This document shows, one piece after another, positions 1 to 10,446 of a stretch of DNA of 19,918 nt; within the stretch, counting starts at the first letter, position 1, and each line of letters opens with the position of its first letter. This DNA is from Ginkgo biloba (Eukaryota > Plantae > Ginkgophyta): NCBI GenBank assembly GCA_024626585.2, contig JANKJI020000004.1, positions 52,008,564 to 52,028,481 on the forward strand, given 5' to 3'. The notes under the pieces are model-generated. The model was not told where the DNA came from, did not search any database, and saw nothing but the letters and a program-made list of their open reading frames with translations. A program made the position numbers and the translations under genes.

Positions 1-1570
1 AATCATGGGATAGTATGAAATGTGACATTACAAATGCACGATTAAACTTTGAAAGACAATTTCTATGTCATATCAATTGAGGGAGTGGATGGGAGTTTTA
101 GGAATACAATGGTTGGCAACATTAGGCACCCACGGGACCAACCATATCTAGGATTTGGTATCATTCAAGCTACAAGGAATAAAGTACAAGATTTTTGGCA
201 TAAAGGCAATGGCTAAGAAAGTGGTGAATTTTGAACAGATGAATAAGATTTTAGGGAAGGGTCATCTAGGACTTGTTGCAAGGCTATACTAAATGGAAGT
301 AAGACCAAATGAAGCATCTACTAGGAATGAAAAAACCAATGACGAACATATAGAAAATCAATGGATATTGGATAAAAAAAATGAAGTTTTCAAAGATTTA
401 GCTAAGAGTATGCCTCCAAATCGTGAAATGGAGCATATAATTGAGATAGACCTTGGGAAGGCCTGCCTATTGCCAAACAATATCTATATAGCTTCACCCA
501 AAAAACGGTATTTGTTAAAAATTATATGGCCAAAGCAATTCCTCTTACTAACTTTACAAAAACGAAGGGTTCAAATGGAATGATGCAGAAAATAAGGCCT
601 TTGAAGATTTAAAGAAAGCATCTTGGCTTCCCTAGATTTTTCAAAATCAAATATATTAGAAGCAAACACATTTGGAATAGGACTTGGAGCAGTACTAATG
701 TAGGAGGGAAGCCCAATAGCCTTTGAAAGTTAGAAGATGAATGAAAGAGAGTGGTCAATGTCGACATATAATAAGGACATGTTAGCAGTCATGTATGCTT
801 TGGAAAAATAGTGATAATACTTGTAAGGAAGAAAGTTCCAGGTAAAAATAGATCATGGTAATTTAAAGTATCTATTGAAACAAGAGTTGCTAACAGATGA
901 GCAAAGGAAATGGATCGATAAGATTCAAGCTTTCAACTTCGTAATCAATTACATGAAAGGGAAGGAAAATGTAGTCGCCAACACACTTTCCAGAAAGAAT
1001 GAAGAAGTATCCATTAATGTAATGTCGATTGCAAAACCAGTCTNNNNNNNNNNNNNNNNNNNNNNNNNNNNNNNNTAGAATAGTAGAAATGATCAGAGAT
1101 ATAATAGAGAACAAAAAGGACGAAAGATGGAAACTAAAAAATGGGAGTATCATTTATAAGGGAAAAATCTACCTCAAAAAAGGCTCAGTTATCATCAAGA
1201 AGGAATTAGAAGAGGGCCATTCGGTACCAACTACATGACACATAGGGGTAAAGAAAACACAGCTTAATATCAGCAGGGCAATCTATTGGCCTAGGATGAA
1301 AGATGATATTGCAAGATATGTGGCCGAATATGATACTTGTTAGAGACAAAAAAAATAGAGAATGTTCCTTTACTAGGAAAGCTACAACCACTAAACATTC
1401 CAAACCAAAAATGGTAAGAAATATCAATGGACTTTATAATTGGCCTCCCAAAATCTAATGGGAAGAATGCCATTTTGTGGTAGTAGATCGATTAACAAGG
1501 TATGCACATTTTAAAGAATGAATTTGAAGTACCTACTCTTTTCACAGAGAAATTCTTCTTTTTGGAAGTA
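1..1570 (+). pseudogene. pol: Element A: degenerate Ty3/gypsy (chromovirus-type) pol: protease end, RT remnants, RNase H, integrase Zn-finger and start of core
   Basis: Protease end FYVISIEGVD/VLGIQWLATLG (~60-128). RNase H LDFSKSNILEANTFGIGLGAVLM*EGSPIAFES...KIDHGNLKYLL...KGKENVVANTLSR (~630-995). Integrase HSVPTT*HIG...YWPRMKDDIARYV and LQPLNIPNQKW*EISMDFIIGLPKSNGKNAIL/VVDRLTRYAHF (~1220-1512). Order PR-RT-RH-INT. Many stops and frameshifts; runs into an N gap. Confidence 0.93.
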
Positions 1571-2047
1571 NNNNNNNNNNNNNNNNNNNNNNNNNNNNNN
1601 NNNNNNNNNNNNNNNNNNNNNNNNNNNNNNNNNNNNNNNNNNNNNNNNNNNNNNNNNNNNNNNNNNNNNNNNNNNNNNNNNNNNNNNNNNNNNNNNNNNN
1701 NNNNNNNNNNNNNNNNNNNNNNNNNNNNNNNNNNNNNNNNNNNNNNNNNNNNNNNNNNNNNNNNNNNNNNNNNNNNNNNNNNNNNNNNNNNNNNNNNNNN
1801 NNNNNNNNNNNNNNNNNNNNNNNNNNNNNNNNNNNNNNNNNNNNNNNNNNNNNNNNNNNNNNNNNNNNNNNNNNNNNNNNNNNNNNNNNNNNNNNNNNNN
1901 NNNNNNNNNNNNNNNNNNNNNNNNNNNNNNNNNNNNNNNNNNNNNNNNNNNNNNNNNNNNNNNNNNNNNNNNNNNNNNNNNNNNNNNNNNNNNNNNNNNN
2001 NNNNNNNNNNNNNNNNNNNNNNNNNNNNNNNNNNNNNNNNNNNNNNN

Positions 2048-2975
2048 ACATCCACATCCCTCGAAAGAAACAGATTATGGTGGAACAAAACTTGAATTGG
2101 ATGATGCACCTTAGTTTTTAGGTGCCATATTTGAATAGAATTTTGAAAACTTAGCTCCGCCATTTCAAATTGCAAATCCTCAATTTCCTTAGCCCTATCT
2201 ATGGCATCGACGTCAACTTTTCGATACCATTTTTGGGCTCACTCTAATTGTGGGATAATCTCCACACTCTTCATCTCACTACAACCCAATGGCCCTGAAA
2301 GGTCCTACTGCTACAACAAAGGATGATTTGCCTCAATAATCTAGACACCCAAACGACTAACTATGTCATGCAATTCCTCTTGAATATTTTTCTTCTTATA
2401 GTGTCGAGTAAAAGTGGCACATGCATCAAGAATCACATCAATTTCCTATACCCACTCATCAATGAAAGACTATAAAAACAACAACTTGGTCTTAGTAGTT
2501 CATACACATTCTTTGACTTCATTTGTAGCTCCCATAGTTGGTTGTATAATAGTCAACATTTGGTCTCCAATTCATAAACCNNNNNNNNNNNNNNNNNNNN
2601 NNNNNNNNNNNNNNNNNNNNNNNNNNNNNNNNNNNNNNNNNNNNNNNNNNNNNNNNNNNNNNNNNNNNCATCAAGAGGAGTCAATGATGGCCTCCTCATC
2701 CACCATAGTAGGTAGCTCAGAAAACTTCGAAGGTTCTTTATTTTCTTGGGAGAGCACAGAAGGTGTCGGGGGCAATTTGTTGCATGACCACCTACAAAAT
2801 AAAGTAACAATCTCTTCAGCTTCGTCATTTGCCAAAGGCAGATGGGATAAAACAATAGTAGAATGGCATGATGAAAAGAATAACAACCAATCACATTGAT
2901 GAAGTGATGCATAGTTGATTGTCATATGTAGCTCCATAAAGGAGATTTTTGACACAAATTAAAGTTAGGATCCAT
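2048..2975 (-). pseudogene. Decayed accessory ORF downstream of pol in element C (env-like position, helical/coiled-coil C-terminal half), function unknown
   Basis: One frame runs 2955->2048 across an N gap: ...LPLANDEAEEIVTLFCRW...SFIDEWV*EIDVILDACATFTRHYKKKNIQEELHDIVSRLGV*...QKWYRKVDVDAIDRAKEIEDLQFEMAELSF. All 8 stops in 2580-2048 are TAG/TGA, compatible with CAG/CGA deamination. Candidate ATG at 2975 (MDPNFNLCQK) is in another frame. Confidence 0.6.
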
Positions 2976-3190
2976 GAAAAAGATTGCACTAAAAAGATCA
3001 TATCTGTGATTCAGTACTGCAATCTATGTTGGGGATTGCNNNNNNNNNNTGATCCGCCACTATGATCCGGTCCAAAGGTTGCATTGGATAGATCATATCC
3101 TTACTATATGATGTTATGATCTGCTCAAAAGATTGCGTCAAATAAATCATATCCTTACAATCCAAGCGTAGATCATAGATCATGATCTAG
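2972..3190. repeat. Degenerate ~54-bp tandem repeat between the pol stop and the accessory ORF
   Basis: tatgatccggtccaaaggttgcattggatagatcatatccttac (3061) vs tatgatctgctcaaaagattgcgtcaaataaatcatatccttac (3115); partial copy aaaagattgcactaaaaagatcatatc near 2978. Confidence 0.75.
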
Positions 3191-3231
3191 ATAAGAACCA
3201 ACATTTTTCTTTTATTTTCTTATTATAGAGC

Positions 3232-3689
3232 TTATTGATAATATGGTTTCAAACGACCTCCATTGACTAGATTTTGGAAAAAAAATTCCATTCAAGCATT
3301 GTAATTGTACAACTTTCTTTTCAAACAATTTGTCCAGGATCCCAACCAACAAAGCTTCAATACTTTGAGGTGACTTTGGAATTTGCTATCATAAATTAGG
3401 ACTAAATCACCTTCTTTAAATAACACATCATGCAAATGTTGATCATGCTAGGCCTTTTGCTCTTTCTTGCCACATTGTTACATCCAACTTGCTATGTGTC
3501 GGGTCCCATCCAATTGTAAGAACTACAAAATTCAAGCTTTGTTGGAAGTTTCATTCCCCATACAACATCCNNNNNNNNNNNNNNNNNNNNNNNNNNNNNN
3601 NNNNNNNNNNNNNNNNNNNNNNNNNNNNNNNNNNNNNNNNNNNNNNNNNNNNNNNNNNNNNNNNNNNNNNAATACAACATTGATGGGAT
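3232..3689 (-). pseudogene. pol: Integrase C-terminal part of element C
   Basis: IPSMLY-[N gap]-MLYG...HDQHLHDVLFKEGDLVLIYDSKFQSHLKVLKLCWLGS...LVNGGRLKPYYQ*; this resembles the Athila/Tat integrase tail (F..GD.VL...KL..W.GP...VNG.RLK.Y). Confidence 0.85.
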
Positions 3690-4750
3690 AGGTATGTATC
3701 TACCAACTTGTTATATCATTGTGCAAAATGAATTAAACCTATCTACATACCACTTGTCCTAATTAAAGGTGTCTCTTAAGGAAACACTATTGATATATTA
3801 TTCCCACTTAACTATAATATATGTATTCACCTCTCCATGGGCTATCCATTTTGATAGGATTCTAATATCCCATAATCTAGTGGGATTTGTGATGGAAGAA
3901 ATTATAAATCCATTAGACTAGATGTACACATCATTCTTAGACTTCCTTGGGTATAATACTTTACATATTTAGGTTTTATTTATATTATTTTCTTCTTCCC
4001 TTAGTTTAATGGTTCTTCTATAATATAACAAGACATGAAATGTCATAGAGGGCCAATTATTAATAACCATTCAATTATCTATCATAAATAGATTTCTAGT
4101 CACAAACCCTGTGAGAATATCCATCGACACTGGATAATCCAAATGGATTATTGACATGTCTACCATATCAACATGGTTGGATAAATTAATCCTTTCATAT
4201 GATTCATAATGTTTCTTATTCACCTAGGCATATTTTTTTTCCCACTCATTAGGACAAAGGCTTAGATCATCCTCCACTACTTTGTGATTACAAAAAGTCA
4301 CCATGGATGAGGAATAATGAATAATTAGAGATAAATTTTCAATTACAAACTATAATTACTACCACTTTTCACTGAGGAAACACCTATTATAAAACTTTGA
4401 TGTTCTTTGTTGTAGATCAATCTCTTAATCTAGAGTCCCCTTTGTGTCAAAATGAGCTTCAAATGAATTAAGGTTGATTTGTATACTCCATGAAAAATTA
4501 ATTCCTTAACACCTTGACCTCCTTAATTTAAATAAATTCCAAATCAATTGAGAGTACACAATTCAACAAGAATAACCATTTTGCGAATGGAAAAATGAGC
4601 CTAAAGTCATCAATTCTACTTTAATAGCCTTAACAAGTCCTTGCAAATAGAATATCATGTCATCTCAAAAGTGATCTTCATTAATTTATAATCGTATATA
4701 ATTTTATTTACCCACATTTAATTCACTATAGGCATGGGGTGAAGTAGGTA
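3690..4750 (-). pseudogene. Decayed ORF of unknown family inside the insertion; the distal part weakly resembles the N-terminal half of a Ulp1/peptidase C48 domain
   Basis: 4349->3690 is a single frame of 220 codons with 7 stops, only 2 in the first ~125 codons despite high AT. Ends ICKVLYPRKSKNDVYI*SNGFIISSITNPTRLWDIRILSKWIAHGEVNTYIIVKWE*YINSVSLRDTFN*DKWYVDRFNSFCTMI. Protein-like frameshifted segments continue up to ~4750. Confidence 0.5.
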
Positions 4751-4987
4751 GAAAAAATATTAATGGTACTAGTAATCAAGACCCACCTTCCCTAATCCCT
4801 AGAAAGTCAAAGTGAAGGGAAGGAATATTTCTTAAATTCCCTAATTCTCTAATCAACATGAAATTCTTGACCAGGGAAGGGAAAAGGGAAGAACCTAATT
4901 GGAAATATGTTTTATCATTTACTTCCCTTATCCTTAGTGAGCCGAAAAGACCCAACTAGGGAAGGAAAGATATATTCCTTATATTCC
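3690..4987. mobile_element. ~1.3 kb insertion interrupting the integrase of element C (possible DNA-transposon fragment)
   Basis: Removing it restores in-frame TLHKIYDVGYID*DKN|IPSMLY, in register with the integrase K-I-x6-DWD-x2-IP-x2-LW motif. Non-integrase content inside. No convincing TSD. Boundaries are approximate; the left end could lie in the 3571-3670 gap. Confidence 0.7.
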
Positions 4988-7245
4988 ATTCTTGTCCTAG
5001 TCAATGTAACCCACATCATAGATCTTGTGCAAAGTTTCCTCCATAATTTGTTGGAGCCTTCTGTGTGACCATTGAATTATAGATAATATGGGTTTGATTT
5101 ACAATGAGTGATCATGAATTGAGATGTTGAACCAGATTGTTCAAAAATCCACCACCTTGATCACTAGTTACTTGAATAAAACATGCAAAACAAGTAATGA
5201 TGACCTCCTACAAAAACTTTGTTGTTGTATATTGGTCAAGTTAAATTGCAATACGAGTTTCACGCAATTTGGTTACATTATCTATAGAAACCAAAATATA
5301 CTAAGATTGCATGCAGTGAGCAGGTGGTCTAATTGGATTGCCAACATCCAACCCCCAATCTTCAAATGATGTTTGCTATAAAATTGGCATAAGGATAGAC
5401 AAGAATCCTTTGTTCTCTTTTCCACATGTTGACAAACATCACAATGCTTCACCCAATCTATTTCATCCCAAAAGAATGTGGAACACCATAATCTAGCATT
5501 CAAAATTTTGCAACAAGTGGAATTTGTTGTGCAATGCCCTCCCATAGACCCATCATGTGCTTGTCTCAAAACCTAATAGAGCTCATGTCTCATCAAAGAA
5601 ATTGGCATAATTTAATTAATACCCATACAATATAGTTGTCCAATAATCGATTGATATGGAGTTGTGCGACGAGCTAAATTTCCTTGTTTAGTAAGATCTA
5701 GTCTAGGTGGCATAGTGCCTAATGCTAGTTGCTTAATAACACCAACATAATCATCAAGCACAATCTCAAGATAAAATAGTTTAGCATTCGAAAAATCATC
5801 TTGGACACTAGTTGTTGCCTCATAATTATCAATGCGTGACAATCAATCAGAAATCACATGTGTTTTCCCTAATTTTACCACAATCTTAAAAACAAACTAT
5901 TGAAACAAGAGAAGCCATCAACTTATTTGTCCTTGCAACAATTGTTTATTCACCATATATAACAATGCATGATGGTTGATGAATGTGGTGAAGGGATTAG
6001 CCAATAAATAATGCTTGAATTTCTATAGGGCATACACCATGCCCAAACCTTCTCGCTCAATAACACCATAATTCCTTTTAGCAGATGTAAGTGTCTAGGT
6101 GCAATAATAAAACTGGATAATCCACTTTGTCATAGGTGAGCTATGCCAACACACATCCTAGAGAAAAGAGTGAAGCATCCACCTACACATGGAATGATTT
6201 TCCCCAATTTGGGAATTTCAGAATAGGCGCAATAGCCACCTTTATCTTAAGAGTTTTGAATGCCAACTGAGGCTCATGAGTCCACGCCCATGCAACTCCT
6301 TTCTTTAGCAATGCCTCCCAGGATCGAGAAATAATTGCATACACCTTCTTAAACTTCTAGTAGTAACTAGTTATCCCCAAAAATCCCTTCAATTATTTTG
6401 GGTTTTTGGGCAGTGAATAGGCTAAAATAAATCATACTTTGTCAGGGTCAATAAACAATCTAGATTTGGTGACCACATGACCCAACAAAGTAACATAAGG
6501 AACTACGACAATGCACTTCTCCAAATTTAAACAAAATTTCTTTTGATGGTAAATATCCAACACTTCACAAATAACATCTACATGATTATCCAAGAATCTA
6601 TACAAGGTCCAGTCATCCAAAAAGACTTGAACTCTCTTACTAATAACAACTTTGAAAATATTACGATAACATGCTAAAAGGTAGTTTCCACATTCGCTAA
6701 TCCCAACAACATCACTCTATAGGCATAAATTCCCCATTCGATANNNNNNNNNNNNNNNNNNNNNNNNNNNNNNNNNNNNNNNNNNNNNNNNNNNNNNNNN
6801 GAATCCATCTATGAAAGAGAATACATCATGGTTGGCAACCTTCTCCAAGACATATTAAGTGAATGATAGTGGAAGAGTCATTCTTTGTGACCTTATTTAG
6901 TTCATAATAATCAACACATTTGGATTTTGTCATTCGTTTTCTTCACTGCAATCATTGGGCTCACCCATTCATTAGTGTCTCCTTTATAAATATATCCAAC
7001 TTGCAACATTTTATCCAATTCTACTTTGACTTAGTCCTTAAACTTTGGGTTCATGCAATAAGGTCGTTGGCGAATTGGTTTAGCACCTTCAACAAGCTCA
7101 ATTCGATGTACTCCAAAGTCGGGTGAGATATCCTTCAAGTCTTTATAGCTCCATGCAAACAAATCAGGGTATTCTTCAAAAATTGCATACATCTTAGTCA
7201 CTTTTTTCCAAGTCCCAAGAATCCCCCAAATTGATGGTTTGAGTC
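4988..7245 (-). pseudogene. pol: pol of element C: RT, RNase H, integrase Zn-finger and core
   Basis: EEYPDLFAWSYKDLK, KPIRQRPYCMNP, EWVSP, MCVDYYELNKVTK, VFLDDW (6626-6609), LLGHVV, APILKFPNWGKSFHV*VDAS, RNYGVIEREGLGMVYAL*KFKHYLL, AHDGSMGGH...CDVCQ, WGLDVGNP, VTSDQGGGF, NGHTEGSNK. Confidence 0.95.
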
Positions 7246-7469
7246 NNNNNNNNNNNNNNNNNNNNNNNNNNNNNNNNNNNNNNNNNNNNNNNNNNNNNNN
7301 NNNNNNNNNNNNNNNNNNNNNNNNNNNNNNNNNNNNNNNNNNNNNNNNNNNNNNNNNNNNNNNNNNNNNNNNNNNNNNNNNNNNNNNNNNNNNNNNNNNN
7401 NNNNNNNNNNNNNNNNNNNNNNNNNNNNNNNNNNNNNNNNNNNNNNNNNNNNNNNNNNNNNNNNNACCT

Positions 7470-8704
7470 ATTCATCAACCACCTATGAATGTAATTGGTC
7501 CACTATATACTAAAGATGTAGATTATCCAATGACACGATAAAATCTTGAAAATGATGTTCTCTAAGTGAGGACCACACCACCACTTGCTGCTTGTTTTGC
7601 ATAGATATCTAATTCAAATGTTGATCAGCTAGGGAATCAAGAAATAGATGCATCTATAAAATCCTAAAAATTTGTTGTCAATGGCTCAAACTTTCACACT
7701 GCAAAATGTGTTACTGTGCAATTGAATGAGAGGAAGAAAAAACTTAGAAACTGATTTTTGCCAAACTGACACAAGAAATCATCCTACAGCTCTGGCCAAC
7801 TTACCAAGATATTAATATGTGTCGTACTCCAATGAAAGGCAATGCCATTCAAGCTAAAAGGAAAAACTTAATGTCTTGATTTTTCATATTGTATCAACAA
7901 TTCACTATACCATGCAAATTTATGTAACAAATTTCACATCATTGAGATGGTAGTTTAGTTTAACTATCAGGATGTTCATTGTGGGTATGACCCATAGTAT
8001 TACATGGTGGTAAACATCATACATCTTAATGCACATGTGGTTGTCGTAACTACGTGATTTGCTTCACTATAGCATCTTGAAGGTTTCCAACCTCATCTTG
8101 CAAGAAAATCTTCTTAGGATCAAGTGCATATACTAGATGGCAAGGATGGTGATGGCACATATCCTCACAAATACCTTCTAGGCTATTGCAATATCACATA
8201 GATCATAAACACAAGGATCCTCAAGCTACATCTGTTTCTTGAATTGTAGTGCTAGATCTTGTGCCTAACCATAATCATGTAATGGGCATTTTTTAATCTT
8301 CTTATGGAGCTTGGGTCCCAACCCATCCAAGAAATACTCCATCAAACGTGGTTTAGAGATAGGTGTACTCTTGTCCATCTTAGATATAAGGACTTGTATA
8401 CGCTCGTTAAAGTCCTAGACTAATTCATAGTGGCCTCCCCAAATCTCCCTCAAAGCCTGCAAAATAGTGAAAGGATCTTGAAAACGTTCAAAATGATCCA
8501 AAAAATTAAATTGTTGATCTAACCACTGCTTAACTATATAGAAAAAAATCTTCTTAATGTGTTCTCCAACTTGAATTCCCTGGATGTAGTCATATTCATG
8601 AAGAGAGGAAGGTGGTCTGTTGGATCACTGATCCTATCATAAACCGTTAGAATAAAAGATGTGTCTAAGTACACTTGAGTTGGTGGAGGTGAAGCACTTG
8701 TCAT
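7470..8704 (-). pseudogene. gag: gag of element C (capsid-like domain plus decayed Zn knuckles); may extend to ~9180
   Basis: YDRISDPTDHL..., FQDPFTILQALREIWGGHYELV*DFNERIQVLISK...MEYFLDGLGPKLHKKIKKCPLHDYG*AQDLALQFKKQM; knuckle relics PPCNTMGHTHNEHP and CEICYINLHGIVNC. Aligns with the gag at 16180-16440. Confidence 0.8.
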
Positions 8705-9291
8705 TGCCGATGCATTTAAATAGTGGATTTATCCTACTACTTCTCAGAGAAAATGATGTAAAATTCTCTATCATAGATTTGTTGCTTGTTGTGAACTCCT
8801 TTTGAGGGGATATACTATGGAGAGATTGGATCTTATAGAAATAGCCTAGGAATCTCCCTTTGCCACTTCCTATTATTGCAGGCTTCCCAATTCTTCAATT
8901 ACACATCTAACTTCAATCCCAACTAAACAACCCGATGCATTTTATTGCCATATTTCTTCCTTGTCCTTCGTCGAGGTATTAGGATTTGTGGATGCAATCC
9001 CCACTATTGCCTTGGACTTACCTTTTTCAGGTTCTATTTTTCCATTACTAATAGAATTATGATTTTGTCTTCCTGTTTTTCTTTGATTTCTGTTTCTATA
9101 TCGTTCCTCCTAAAAAAACGGGAGCCGAATTCTACTCATTGGGTGGCATTAGAAGATCCCGTCCAAAAAACTTAGTTTTCCATTGAGAAAATATCAATTA
9201 TCAAAATCATGATTTAAAAAATTTGTGCTTCTTGACTACAACTTGACCAATTATGAGATTGTTCCCACACTAAATGGTCATAACGCCTTCC

Positions 9292-9926
9292 GCCAAGGCA
9301 ATAACCCAAAGGTCATTACCATATGGGTGGCAATTATGACGTCCGAGCACAAAATAACTAGCATAGACGATGTCTAGTAATAGAAAATTGTTATAATGTC
9401 AACCTTCCCAATGTGATCTTATGATCCATGTGGTGTAGAAGTGTTAGAGAAAAACTATGGATGGTGTTGGGATCCAAATACCCACGACCTTTTGGTTTAC
9501 CATGTCTAAAACAAATGATCAAGAAGGCTTACACCCATAAGTAGTCTAGATCACACAACAAGCATTGTACTCATTTGCCCATATCATCCTTAAAAGAATG
9601 TTATAGCAACTCACAAGTGCATAAAAGCCAAGGAAATAACCCAAAAGTCATTATCATCTGGGTGGCACTTATGACGTTCGGGCACAAAACAACTAGCATA
9701 GATGATGTGCAATAATAGAAAATTAGTATAACATCAACCTACCCAGTGTGATCTTATGATCCACATGGTGTAAAGGCACTAGGGCAATAAGGATGGTGTT
9801 GCAATCCAAATCTACTCCATCTCTTGATTCACTAGGTCTAGAACAAATGATCAAGAAGGCTATCACTCATAAGTAGCCTATATTGCACCACAACACAAAT
9901 TTGTGACAACTCACAAGTCCATAAAA
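9292..9926. repeat. Tandem duplication (~335 bp and ~300 bp copies) in the 5' leader of element C
   Basis: Copy 1 (9292-9626) and copy 2 (9627-9926) share gccaagg.aataacccaaa.gtcatta, tgtgatcttatgatcca, aacaaatgatcaagaaggct and caactcacaagt.cataaaa. Confidence 0.92.
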
Positions 9927-9939
9927 GGCAACAGAACCA
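9927..9939 (-). promoter_or_regulatory. Primer binding site (tRNA-Glu type) of element C
   Basis: Minus strand ...GCCAACA-T-TGGTTCTGTTGCC; 12/13 match to TGGTTCCGTTGCC, the complement of the plant tRNA-Glu 3' end as recalled. Confidence 0.8.
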
Positions 9940-9940
9940 A

Positions 9941-10329
9941 TGTTGGCTTGTTTGAGTACATGGCAAAGCCATATCTTACCTACGATTGATCATCTACATC
10001 AATTACCAAACTGCACACATGTATCACCATGCATACAAAGTCCCACAATCAACACAAATCCATGCAAGAACAGTAGGTAAGAATCATCATTATTTATTAC
10101 AGCAAAGAATTCGAACTACCTCACACATAAATTGAATCCTTAAAACCAACTCTCACACAGTTACAATACAAAGCAATATATATATTTCCCTTCTTTTTCC
10201 TTTTTTTAATTTTGCAATTATCATCAAAATTACATACATACAGTTCAAAAGTTGGCACTACCAACACTGAAGCAAGTAACTAATTTAACATAAGCACACA
10301 TGATTCAGTAAAGATATTTATATGCCAAT
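9941..10329 (-). repeat. 5' LTR (partial) of element C
   Basis: Terminus TGTTGGC abuts the PBS. TATA-like run 10176-10185 and minus-strand AATAAA at 10098-10093 are in the expected order. Distal end is lost in an N gap. Confidence 0.72.
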
Positions 10330-10446
10330 NNNNNNNNNNNNNNNNNNNNNNNNNNNNNNNNNNNNNNNNNNNNNNNNNNNNNNNNNNNNNNNNNNNNNNN
10401 NNNNNNNNNNNNNNNNNNNNNNNNNNNNNACTTTTGAGGTGAAGAA

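Larger units (their letters stand above)
2048..10329 (-). mobile_element. Element C: Athila-like (non-chromovirus, no visible extra RNase H) Ty3/gypsy LTR retrotransposon, decayed
   Basis: Colinear on the minus strand: LTR end at 9941, PBS 9939-9927, leader, gag, RT (VFLDDW), RNase H, integrase ending VNGGRLKPYYQ* at 3232, then an extra ORF. Both ends fall at N gaps; PPT and 3' LTR not seen. Confidence 0.85.

Noticed and set aside
1492-2175. Long ORFs in the track that span N runs (also near 2414-2912, 3467-3691, 7194-7541, 13179-13478, 15859-16143)
   Set aside because: Their length comes from X codons in assembly gaps. Several gaps are exactly 100 N, so they are probably placeholders of unknown size.
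3681-5018. Alternative insert boundaries TGATG...CATCA (LTR-like) or TC...CTAG (Helitron-like, 3699-5000)
   Set aside because: Flanks AACAT/TAGAT are not a clean TSD, and either excision destroys the in-register D*DKN-IPSML integrase motif.
6609-6626. FLDD instead of YXDD in both RTs as a novelty
   Set aside because: F at this position is already known in Athila-type RTs (FMDD); used only as a lineage marker.
9260-9340. PBS/PPT-like strings (ttcccacactaaatggtca; gggtggcaattatg) suggesting a TRIM array
   Set aside because: Poor tRNA match. A much better LTR end plus PBS at 9927-9947 explains the region as leader.
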